Shown here one piece after another: positions 10,693 through 22,000 of a stretch of 64,000 nt of DNA (the stretch's first letter is position 1; each line of letters opens with the position of its first letter). Source of the DNA: Rebecca billardiae RCC1528 (taxonomy: Eukaryota; Protista; Haptophyta); assembly GCA_965240325.2 (NCBI GenBank), contig OZ251222.1:4898001-4962000 (forward strand), given 5' to 3'. Under the pieces are notes generated by a model that was not told the origin of the DNA, made no database searches, and saw only the letters and a program-made list of their open reading frames with translations. The translations under genes and the position numbers were made by a program.

Positions 10693-11925
10693 ATATATCT
10701 GACAATAAGGTCATCTTAAGTCGGCGTGGCAACTTACCAAAGTTCATATCAAGCAGCCCACCTAGCAGAGCTCGCTCGATCATCGGTTACACGATGACCT
10801 TTCGGGCCGAGCTGCTCATCTCTCTGCAGCCCCTGCTTCGGCCTGCGCATCTGCAAAGCCCGAGGTCCCGCCATCTCCTCTGCTGCGTTCTTTGCTTGTG
10901 CTCGTACCTACTACCTTGCTGCCACACGCTGGCGCAGTCTGCGCGCAGCTTTGGCACCGTCGGCTCAGTCGCTCTTCCCGTTCAGCCAGGGACAAATCCC
11001 CACCACGCGCAAGTATATATTTATACATCACCATTTCGGCATGGTGTGTATCGGCATTTGCTGCATGCTCGCATATATGCTGCAATACCTGCCCTCGCAT
11101 GCACATCACGCAGACTGTGGGTGATGTTCGTCCATACTCAATGGCGTTGCGTCGCTCTTCATGCAGGAGGACACATATATATACATCGTCGCGGCGGCCC
11201 GTCCGCTGTCCCGGTGACACACTGCAATAATAATAAGTATAATTATTACTAGTGATGATCCGAGAACGAACCGGGCGGCGCCAGCTTAGTCGTACGACTC
11301 AGCACATCAAGTTCGGACACGTATACATGCGCGCGCGCATGCTTGATGCTACTGCTTGCTACCAGCCTGGGAGTACCGGGATAGCGTAGGGCTGCTTAGG
11401 CTTGGCGCCGGCGCAGGCCGGTCTGTCCGATTAGCCGGTGACTCACTCTCAGGGTGAGCCGCGCGCCTATGTAACTTGATAATGAATAATAATCACTGAG
11501 TCTTGTCCGATATATGCCATCATATATATAATAATCAGTGATGCGACGACACAGGCCGGGCGTATGTAGTATATACTGCTGCTGCTGACGACGAGGGCGC
11601 ATGCAGCACCGCTGCTGCCAGCAGTACTCGCGCGGCACAACTGCTACGACGACTGTTCGCGCGGTGTTCCGCGTGTTCCGGATGGCCCTGCGCACGCCCC
11701 AGCCCCTGCCGGCTTATGCGCGCTGGCCATGCAGCATGTCCGCGGGCGTCATCACGACCCGCGCGCGGCCTCCTGTCCCATCGATGAGCACGGCATCGCG
11801 CGGCGTGTGGAGCACAGCCCGAGATGCCGGGTCTGTGGCACGGCCCCGTCCCCGCACCAGCCAGTCGGCAGCGCGCCGCGCATCCATGGCTGCCACGGCG
11901 CCGTTGGCCGCCCGGCCGTGCGCGC

Positions 11926-12598
11926 TCAGAACGCGAGGCCAGCCTCGCGCGCGCCATCAGCGAGCGCGGCGATGCGGCCGTGGTACTTGAAGCCGTTGCG
12001 GTCAAAGTACACCTCCTCCACGCCCTTCGCCTTCGCGCGCTCGCCGGCGAGCACGCCGACCTGCGCGCGCGCACGCGCGGCGCACGCGTCCGTAATTAGC
12101 AGGGCCGAGTGGCGCGGCCGCGGCTCCGAGCGGCGGCGCTTCGCACGCGCCGGGCGCGCACCTGCTTCGCCGTCTCGACGTTGAGGCCCTTGTCCTTCAG
12201 GTCCTTCTCCACGCTAGCCGCGGTGGCGATGATGTGGTGCTTCGTGTCGTCGATCACCTGCGCGTAGATGTGCTTGTTCGACCTGCGTGTGGCGCGCCGG
12301 TCGGAGGCGCGAGCGCACGGCGCGCGGCGTGCGCGTGAGCGGCCGGCTCGTGCGCGGCGCGGGCCCGCGCGGGGCGCGCGCGGCGAGGCACGCACTTGAA
12401 CACGCACAGGCGGTGCCGCCCCTTCGCCGCCATCTTCGCCCGCACCACCTGCGTCTTCAGGTTGAGGCTGCCCTTGGCGACGATGGTCGATACCGGTGTG
12501 CGGGAGGCGGACAGCGAGCGGGGCGCGGTGCCGACGGAGTAGGCCGAGCACGCGAGCGGCGCGAGGAGCAGCAGCGTCGAGAGCACCCTGAGCATCAT
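11926..12598 (-). CDS. rpl18: Nuclear-encoded plastid 50S ribosomal protein L18, ~152 aa, with bipartite leader. Exons 12598-12396, 12282-12162, 12060-11926
   Basis: Spliced product: [23 protein letters not shown]...[20 protein letters not shown]...[47 protein letters not shown]. This is a typical bacterial/plastid uL18; it has two GT-AG introns and totals 459 nt. Confidence 0.93.
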
Positions 12599-12754
12599 CG
12601 CGCCCACGCACCCACCACCCAGCTGCGCAGGCTTCGCGAGCGCGGTGTCGTCCACACCTAGCGGGCGAGGGAATTGATGGCTGCGTGCCACGGCCGGCAG
12701 CCCTTTGAGCCTCGCCGAGGCGACCGGACTTTCGCGATCAGTGGCCGGACCGGG

Positions 12755-13866
12755 CAAGGGTGTCCAGGGTCCGCAACAGCCAGTGCGCAGCGCGGCAGAG
12801 GCTGTGACATCGCGAGGTCGCCGCTCGCCAGTGGGACTCGCCCGCCCGCCGCCGTGCACGGCGGCGGAGCCGCTCGCGCCGTGCGCTCCTGCGGCCGTTG
12901 GATCGGGCTGCGTAGGCGGCGCGCGGCTTGGGCCGTCGCTGAGCCACCCAGCGCCCCTCGCTGCGCCGCGCGCCTTCCTCGTCCTCGCCTCCTCCGCGCC
13001 TTGAAGCAGCACGCACACGCGCGGCGCCGCCACAAAAGCAGCGCAGGCGCTCGCGTGCAAGCGCGCGCGCGCAGCGCGCGACGGACTCGACTCGGTGTTC
13101 GAGCCTCTGCGGGGGCATGCAGCACCATCACATGCGCGCGCGACGCCACCTCGAACTTGCGCATCGCTGTGACCGTCACGCGCCAAATGCTCACACGTCC
13201 TCGTGTTGAAGTAGGCCCAATCTGACCAGAACCTGCCATGCGTCAGGACGACTTCTTAGGCAAGACACGATGACAGCTACGTACGCGGCGCTTCTCAGCA
13301 AGCGTGGAGACCACAAGAGAAGCGCACGCAAGCATGACCGTCCCCGCATCGATCGCGTCGACGTACTCAAGGCCCGTTGTGGAAGCTTCCGTCGCACGTG
13401 TGATGATGCCAAGTCAGACCATTTTGTAACGTGCATCAGCGTGCACTGACGGTCAAACGCGCAGGCTCGAGGTGGCGTCGCGCGCGCATGTGATAGCACT
13501 GCATGTCCCCGCAGAGGCTCGAACACCGAGTCGAGTCCGTCGCGCGCTGCGCGCGCGCGCTTGCACGCGAGCGCCTGCGCTGCTTTTGTGGCGGCGCCGC
13601 GCGTGTGCGTGCTGCTTCAAGGCGCGGAGGAGGCGAGGACGAGGAAGGCGCGCGGCGCAGCGAGGGGCGCTGGGTGGCTCAGCGACGGCCCACGCCGCGC
13701 GCCGCCTACGCAGCCCGATCCAACGGCCGCAGGAGCGCACGGCGCGAGCGGCTCCGCCGCCGTGCACGGCGGCGGGCGGGCGAGTCCCACTGGCGAGCGG
13801 CGACCTCGCGATGTCACAGCCTCTGCCGCGCTGCGCACTGGCTGTTGCGGACCCTGGACACCCTTG
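12755..13866. mobile_element. Foldback-type non-autonomous element (1112 bp): ~408-bp TIRs (12755-13162 and 13459-13866), CAAGGG...CCCTTG ends, 7-bp TSD GACCGGG
   Basis: The arms are near-perfect reverse complements. GACCGGG lies at 12748-12754 and at 13867-13873. CA...TG ends with a 7-bp TSD and long TIRs fit the P/Galileo superfamily (established knowledge); the assignment here is inference. Confidence 0.85.
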
Positions 13867-13934
13867 GACCGGGACGGCGCTGCTTTGGAGGCCATGGCGG
13901 CCGCGTGGCCACACTGCCAGTAGGGACCCCCAAG

Positions 13935-14477
13935 ATGTCGCAGGATTACTTTGGCCCGGGCGCGCGCGTGCGGGTGGACGGGCTGTCGCAGCGGGCGGAC
14001 CTGAATGGCCAGGAGGCGGAGGTCGTCCACTGGGTGCGCTCCGCCGGGCGCTGGGCCATCGAGCTCGGCACGGGCGAGGGCGTGCGCGTGCGCCCGATCA
14101 ACCTCACGCTCACCAAGCCCGCGCCCGGCGCGCCCGAGCCGATCGAGGACGAGGACGAGCCCGTGGTACTGAAGAAGGAGGACGGTAGCGCGATGATGGT
14201 CTTCCCTGAGCGCTCCAAGCGCCGCTTCGAGGAGACCATCCAGAAGTACCAGTTCCAGCAGGGAAACGCGTCGGAGCGCATCAACGACTTCCTCTTCAAG
14301 GGCGGGGCCGTCACGGCGGAGGGCTTCGCGCAGGAGTTCGGCACGTCGAATGACGACGCCGAGGCCGTCCTGTCGTGGATCAACGTCTCGATCGCCATCC
14401 GCGAGCAGGTCATGCAGCCCGCAGGTGACCTCCTGGGCGCCGCGTCGAACAGCAGCGCAGGCACGAGTCAGACGTGA
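13935..14477 (+). CDS. Hypothetical protein, 180 aa, with an N-terminal SH3/KOW-like beta module
   Basis: ATG at 13935 gives GARVRVDGLSQRADLNGQEAEVVHW...GRWAIEL...VRPINL, matching a recurrent eukaryotic GxxVxIxGLxxxxxLNG...GRxxV...NL pattern. GC3-rich codon usage; AT-rich sequence follows the stop. Confidence 0.75.
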   Translation: MSQDYFGPGARVRVDGLSQRADLNGQEAEVVHWVRSAGRWAIELGTGEGVRVRPINLTLTKPAPGAPEPIEDEDEPVVLKKEDGSAMMVFPERSKRRFEETIQKYQFQQGNASERINDFLFKGGAVTAEGFAQEFGTSNDDAEAVLSWINVSIAIREQVMQPAGDLLGAASNSSAGTSQT

Positions 14478-16062
14478 GACGACATGATCCGATGACAATA
14501 ATAATAATATAATTTAGTGTGACACAGTGACGCAAGGCTGCAGCTCGGATTGTTAGAGCAGGACAGATACGATTGCACTCGTCGATACAGCACGTGTGCA
14601 TGGGCTGCAGTCCGCCTGGATCGACCCCGCTGCCAGTCGCGGACGACATGTGACGGCTCGGGCTCGGCCCGGGGCCGGGCACTCCGCCCGTGGCCGTGTA
14701 CGGAGTACTGGTACTGTGGTAGTGCAAGGCGCGGCCACCCAGAATCCAGATCCGACGACTCGATCATGTCAATGCGTCGCAACCAACCGGGCGCGCGCTG
14801 AAACAGATCATCATCACTCTGGGGCCATCAACGGCCGAGACTCCACTGGGCTTCGGATCCTCTGGTTCGGTCCGGACCGTTCATGCTGCATTGCGTCGCT
14901 GTGACCAATCAGTACGCGTAGTTATTCCGCGTAGCTCATGCGGGCGGGCTTGCAGGCGAACTAGCTGATGAGACTCGGAGGCCATTAACGTACAGCCGTT
15001 TGCCCCGACCGTAGTGCGGACAGCGGTCACATATCATTATTTCAGTGGCAGCCCACGCCGCGCTTTTCACATCCGCTTTACTGAGGACCCGGACTCACCG
15101 CTCGCTAGTCCGCATCACGGACGACGCTGCTTATAATCACTACAATATTAGACGACGTCCGCAGGGCCCGGACACTGTGCTGGTATCAGTGAGCGCTGGC
15201 GGACACAACTCGGTGGCACTGGCTGGCTGACTGCCACCGTGGAAGACATGCGCGGCAGATGATATGTATAGAGTCATCTGCCGCGCATGTTCAGACGGGT
15301 AGTGCATCCATGCGCGGCGTCCAAGTCCGCCTGATGAGTGACTTGGGGGATAGGGCATATCGGCGATCCGTGTGAGCTCCGAGCCGAGCGGTGCCACACG
15401 GTGGAGTACAGGCCGCCAACGACGCTACATGGCAGCGTTGCCAGCGCGACCAAATGCCATCATGATGGCGGGCCGCCCATACTACCCACCTGGCCACACC
15501 TATCTCAGATGCCACCATGAACTCACGCGCCCGGTCATGATTAATATCCTGTCCGCTCGATGGCTGCTGAGCAATATGTCTACGGCCGTCCGGTGGCTGA
15601 GTCAACTCACGGGCCTACGAGTTCGGCCCGCGACGGCGCGGCTCGTAAGCATCTGCAGCGGCGGTGGCTGACCATGAAGCCAAGCGGGTGACTTCACTGG
15701 CGCGCGACTACGCAAAGGCGCTGACAATGATGAACTCATCGAAACGCGCTGACGCCATGCAAACATGCACGGTGAACACTACTCTCTTATTAGCTTGTCG
15801 GCGGCCGCCGGCTGGACGCCATGCATCCTGCAGCGGCTAGATCGGGAATTCGTCAGTGATATGTCCGCCGTCCGGTGGAGGTCGGAGTGCTTGCCGTTAC
15901 TCGGTCGCCGACCGTCCCGACCAAAAAAAGCCTCGAGCCGCAACCGCCGCACCCGCATAGTCCTGCGGGCGCCTCGGTCGGTGGGTGACGGGTGCGCCGA
16001 GCCACATCAACTACTTATTACGAGCCAGTGGCGCAGCGGGGCGCTTGCCAAACCGCGGCATC

Positions 16063-19000
16063 ATGGAGTACATGAGCTGGCTCCCAGGCGCAGCCGCAGC
16101 CGGGCCGCTCGCTCCCTTGGCGATGGATCGAGCTACTGCGCGATCTGCCAGCTGCAAGAGGCGAGCCACGAGCAGCCCTGACGACCGTGGTGCTCATCGC
16201 TCCCCCCACCCTGACGATACTCGTCGCGCTCCGCGCACAGGTAGGACGCCAGGCACGCGCCGACCGTGGTTGGCTCTGATGCTCGGGGCGCTCGCGCTCG
16301 CCGTCCGTCGCACCGAGGCGATTTCGACGGCCACGTGCACGGATCTGCGCACGCTCTACGGCCTGGGTGACTCATGGCAGCTCTCTTCCGCTGCAGGCTA
16401 CGAGCGTGTCTGCGGGGAAAGCCGCCACCCCTGGGGCACGGGCTTCAGCTCGTACGAGGCCATCACCAACTGGGACATCTGCCCCGCCTCCGTGTGGTTT
16501 GTGTGGCAGGACGCCAACACCGCGTGCACGGACATCGGCGCGCGGCTGTGCACGCAGGCTGAGATCGAGGCGGACGTCGCGGCAAACGGCGACGCGCAGT
16601 GCGGCTCGTACGACGGCACGCCGTGGGACCAGCACCGCTTCTGGACGAGCACGCAGTGCGGCAAGAACGCGGACAACCGGCGGCGCGTGCCGGGCGCATC
16701 CGCGTACGCCGCGGAGGGTGCGCAGTGCAAGAACGGCGCAAGCGGCGTCAACAACGCAGGCGTCAAGTGCTGCGCCGACGAGCCTGCGCCGCCACCCTCG
16801 CCACCAGCGCCCCCGCCAAGCCCGCCGAGCCCGCCGCCGAGCCCGCCGCCCTCGCCCGCGCCACCACCGAGCCCGCCTCCCTCGCCGGGGCCACCGCCGA
16901 GCCCTCCACCCTCGCCACCGCCGAGCCCACCTCCGTCACCGCCTCCATCGCCACCGCCAAGCCCGCCACCGCAGCCGCCGCTGTCGCCGCCGCCAGCCCC
17001 ACAGCCCTCGCCGCCACCAAGCCCGCCACCGTCACCGCCGCCTAGCCCGCCGCCCAGCCCGCCGCCCAGCCCGCCGCCTGCGCCGCCGCCCTCGCCGCCG
17101 CCGCCTGGCTCGCCGCCGAAGCCGCCGCCTTCGCCACCACCGTCGCCCCCCCCGAGCTCGCCGAGCCCCCCGCCGTCACCGCCGCAGGCGACGACGTCGT
17201 GCGCGACGTTGCAGGCGCTGTACGGCGGCTGGCCGCTCGCCTCCGACCCCGGCTTCGCGCTGGTGTGCGGCGAGAGTAACAACGGGCTCGACGGGTCGGG
17301 CGGCAGCCAGTGCTCGGGGCTGCGCGACCACAACTCTGCCATCCAGTTCTGCCAGCGCGTGAACTCCCGGTTGTGCACGTACCAGGAGCTGCTGGCCGAC
17401 GTGGCGGCGAACACGGGCTGCGACCTCGAGAACTCGCGCGTGTGGACCAACCAAGCATGCTCCAACGAGGCGGCGCCCGACGTGGACAACTTCTGGAGCG
17501 TGGGCGGCTCCAACTCGTCCACGCTGCCGCTGCGCTGCCGCACGTGGGACAAGACGTACAGCGTGCGTTGCTGCGCGGACGTGCTCGAGTCACCACCCCC
17601 ACCTCTGCCGCCGCCAAGTCCGCCACCGAGTCCACCACCAAGCCCTCCGCCACCGCGCCCGCCTCCGAGCCCGCCGCCGAGCCCGCCACCATCGCCGCCG
17701 CCGAGCCCGCCGCCGAGCCCTCCGCCGAGCCCGCCTCCCAGCCCGGCACCGCCGCCGAGCCCGCCGCCGAGCCCACCGCCCAGCCCGCCACCCAGCCCGC
17801 CGCCAAGCCCTCCGCCACCGCGCCCACCCCCGAGCCCGCCGCCGAGCCCGCCGCCATCGCCGCCGCCGCTCCCGCCGCCGTCACCACCCCCGCTGCCCCC
17901 GCCAAGCCCCCCGCCCGGCCCACCGCCCAGCCCGCCGCCCAGCCCGCCGCCTAGCCCGTCTCCTCCACGGCCGCCGCCGAGTCCGCCGCCCACACTGCCG
18001 CCGAGTCCACCACCAGCCCCCCCACCCAGGCCGCCCCCAAGCCCACCGCCGAGCCCGCCGCCAAGCCCACCGCCGCCATCTCCTCCGCCGTCGCCGCCCC
18101 CCTCCTCGCCACCGCTGCCACCGCCTTCGCCGCCACCATCATCGCCACCCTCGCCGCCGCCATCACCCCCACCGTCGCCGCCACCTTCACCACCCCCGTC
18201 GCCGCCACCTTCGCCGCCACCTGTCGCCTCGCCACTCCCACCGCCTGCCCTGCCACCTCAGCCGCCGCCACGCCCGCCACCGAGTCCCCCGCCGAGCCCA
18301 CCGCCAAAGCCGCCTCCAAGCCCGCCCCCGAGCCCACCGCCGAGCCCTCCCCCGCCGTTTCCGCCGCCGTCGCCCCCGCCGTCGCCCCCACCGTCGCCGC
18401 CACCATCACCACCACCATCGCCACCACCGTCGCCACCGCCATCGCCGCCGCCGGCAGAGAGCCCAGCCCCACCACCGTCGACGCCGCCGCTCCCACCACC
18501 AAGGCCACCGCCAAGTCCGCCTCCAAGCCCACCTCCAAGACCCCCACCAAGCCCACCGCCGAGCCCTCCTCCGCCAGCGCCGCCACCGTCACCGCCGCCG
18601 TCACAGCCGCCGTCACCACCGCCATCGCCACCACCGAGCCCGCCACCGTCGTCACCTCCCTCTCCGCCGCCATCGCCGCCGCCTGCACTGAGCCCTCGCC
18701 CACCGCCATCACCACCGCCTAGCGCGCCGCCAAGGCCTCCACCCAGCCCACCGCCGAGCCCGCCGCCAAGCCCGCCGCTGTCACCACCACCAAGCCCGCC
18801 GCCGAGCCCACCACCGCCCAGACCACCGCCGTCACCGCCACCGTCACCGCCGCCTTCGCCACCGCCATCGCCGCCGCCTGCCTTGGCCCCACGCCCGCCG
18901 CCTTCGCCGCCCCCGAGTCTTCCGCCACAGCCACCGCCGAGCCCACCGCCGAGCCCACCGCCACAGCCACCGCCGATCCCGCCGCCACACCCACCGCCGA

Positions 19001-22000
19001 GCCCACCACCGAGCCCTCCGCCCCCGTCACCTCCGCCTTCGCCGCCGCCGTCGCCACCGCCGTCACCTCCACCCTCGCCGCCTCCGACGGGCGAGCCCCT
19101 CCCGCCGCCGTCACCACCACCGAGCCCACCGCCGAGCCCACCTCCGAGTCCTCCGCCCAGCCCGCCCCCGAGCCCGCCACCCCCAGCGCCCCCGCCATCA
19201 CCCCCGCCATCGCCACCTCCATCACCGCCACCGTCGCCGCCGCCAGCACCACCACCACCGCCGCGTGCCGCGCCGTTCCCACCGCCCTCGCCACCGAGCC
19301 CGCCCCCCGCTCCACCGCCAAGCCCCCCGCCTAGATCGCCGCCGGCCCCTCCGCCTTCGCCTCCACCGCAGCCGCCGCCGGTTCCACCGCCCAGCCCGCC
19401 TCCTCCGGTGCCGCCACCGTCACCCCCACCGACGCCACCGCCGTCACTGCCACCATCCACGCCACCGCTGCCACCGCCAAGCCCGCCGCCATTACCACCG
19501 CCCTCGCCGCCACCGTCGCCGCCGCCTTCGCCGCCACCATCGCCGCCGCCGAGCCCACCACCGTCGCCACCGCCGTCGCCACCACCGGTGGCCTCGCCAC
19601 TGCCGCCGCCCTCTCCGCCGCCTTTGCCGCCGCCGAGCCCGCCGCCCTCCCCACCGCCCTTGCCACCGCCCTCGCCGCCACCCTCACCGCCGCCATTGCC
19701 ACCGCCCTCGCCGCCACCAACGCCACCACCATCGCCACCACCTTCGGCATCGCCACTGCCCCCGCCGTCGCCGCCTCCGCAGCCAGCGCCGAGCCCGCCA
19801 CCGTCACCGCCGCCCTCGCCTCCACCGAGCCCACCGCCGCCAGTCCCACCGCCCTCGCCGCCGCCCTCGCCGCCTCCCAGCCCACCGCCGTCGCCACCGC
19901 CCGCACCCCCGCCGCCACCGAGGGCGCAGCCCTTCCCTCCGCCGAGTCCACCTGCGCCGCCGCCCAGCCCTCCGCCGAGCCAGCCGCCTCAGCCGCCGCC
20001 GAGCCCGCCACCGGCGTCACCGCCATCACCACCGCCCTCGCCACCGCCGAGTCCACCGCCGCCGGCGCCGCCGCCATCACCTCCGCCGTCACCTCCGCCG
20101 AGCCCGCCGCCGTCTCCACCGCTCTCCCCACCGCCGTCGCCGCTGCCTTCACCGCCGCCGAGCCCGCCTCCATCGCCACCACCTTCGCCACCGCCGTCGC
20201 CACCACCGGTGGCCTCGCCGCTGCCGCCACCGTCCCCGCCTCCGCAGCCACCGCCGAGCCCGCCACCGTCACCGCCGCCCTCGCCTCCACCGAGCCCACC
20301 GCCGCCAGTCCCACCGCCATCGCCGCCGCCCTTGCCACCTCCCAGCCCACCGCCTTCGCCACCGCCCGCACCCCCGCCACCACCGAGGGCGCAGCCCTTC
20401 CCGCCGCCGAGCCCACCTGCGCCGCCGCCAAGCCCTCCTCCGAGCCAGCCGCCTCTGCCGCCACCGAGCCCGCCACCGGCGTCACCTCCGCGCCCACCGC
20501 CCTCGCCACCACCGAGTCCACCGCCACCGGCGCCGCCGCCATCACCTCCGCCGCAGCCGCCGCCGAGCCCGCCACCGACGCAGCCGCCGTCTCCACCGCC
20601 CTCGCCGCCGCCTTCACCGCCGCCGAGCCCGCCTCCATCGCCACCGCCGTCGCCACCACCGTCGCCACCGCCGGCGGCCTCGCCGCTGCCGCCACCATCA
20701 CCGCCGCCTTCGCCGCCGCCGACCCCGCCGCCATCACCACCGCCCTCGCCGCCGCCCTCGCCGCCGCCATCGCTACCGCCCAGCCCCCCGCCGAGCCCGC
20801 CTCCATCGCCACCGCCGTCTCCACCACCGTCGCCACCGCCGGCGGCCTCGCCGCTGCCGCCACCATCACCGCCGCCTTCGCCGCCGCCGACCCCGCCGCC
20901 ATCACCACCGCCCTCGCCGCCGCCCTCGCCGCCGCCATCGCTACCGCCCAGCCCCCCGCCGAGCCCGCCTCCATCGCCACCGCCGTCTCCACCACCGTCG
21001 CCACCGCCGGCGGCCTCGCCGCTGCCTCCGCCATCCCCGCCGCCGTTGCCTCCGCCGAGCCCACCGCCATCGCTGCCACCCTTGCCGCCGCCTTCGCCGC
21101 CCCCGTCGCCACCGCCCAGCCCCCCGCCGAGCCCGCCTCCATCGCCACCGCCGTCTCCACCACCAGCGGCCTCGCCGTTGCCACCACCATCACCGCCTCC
21201 GCAGCCGCCGCCGGGCCCGCCGCCGTCACCGCCGCCCTCGCCTCCACCGAGCCCACCGCCGCCTGTCCCACCGCCCTCGCCGCCGCCCTCGCCGCCTCCC
21301 AGCCCACCGCCTTCGCCACCGCCCGCACCCCCGCCGCCGCCGAGGGCGCAGCCCTTCCCGCCGCCGAGCCCACCTGCGCCGCCGCCAAGCCCTCCGCCGA
21401 GCCAGCCACCTCTGCCGCCACCGAGCCCGCCACCGGCGTCACCTCCGCGTCCACCGCCCTCGCCACCACCGAGTCCACCGCCACCGGCGCCGCCGCCATC
21501 ACCTCCGCCGCAGCCGCCGCCGAGCCAGCCACCGACGCAGCCGCCGTCTCCACCGCCCTCGCCGCCGCCTTCACCGCCGCCGAGCCCGCCTCCATCGCCA
21601 CCGCCGTCGCCACCACCGTCGCCACCGCCGGCGGCCTCGCCGCTGCCGCCACCATCACCGCCGCCATGGCCGCCGCCGACCCCGCCGCCATCACCACCGC
21701 CCTCGCCGCCGCCCTCGCCGCCGCCATCGCTACCGCCCAGCCCCCCGCCGAGCCCGCCTCCATCGCCACCGCCGTCTCCACCACCGTCGCCACCGCCGGC
21801 GGCCTCGCCGCTGCCTCCGCCATCCCCGCCGCCGTTGCCTCCGCCGAGCCCACCGCCATCTCTGCCACCCTTGCCGCCGCCTTCGCCGCCCCCGTCGCCA
21901 CCGCCCAGCCCCCCGCCGAGCCCGCCTCCATCGCCACCGCCGTCTCCACCACCAGCGGCCTCGCCGTTGCCACCACCATCACCGCCTCCGCAGCCGCCGC

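Noticed and set aside
7700-11600. Lower-GC flanks of the CACAGTG element as an interrupted gene
   Set aside because: Joining the flanks across the TSD on the minus strand gave early stops in the frames tried and no recognisable protein; at most an old degraded repeat.
12254-13930. Mirror-image ORFs upstream of rpl18 and of the 13935 gene
   Set aside because: They arise from the two arms of the foldback element; the real starts are the ATGs at 12598 and 13935.
14480-16060. Short ORFs upstream of the giant gene
   Set aside because: No motifs or coding-like codon bias; treated as intergenic or 5' region. An unseen small upstream exon cannot be excluded.
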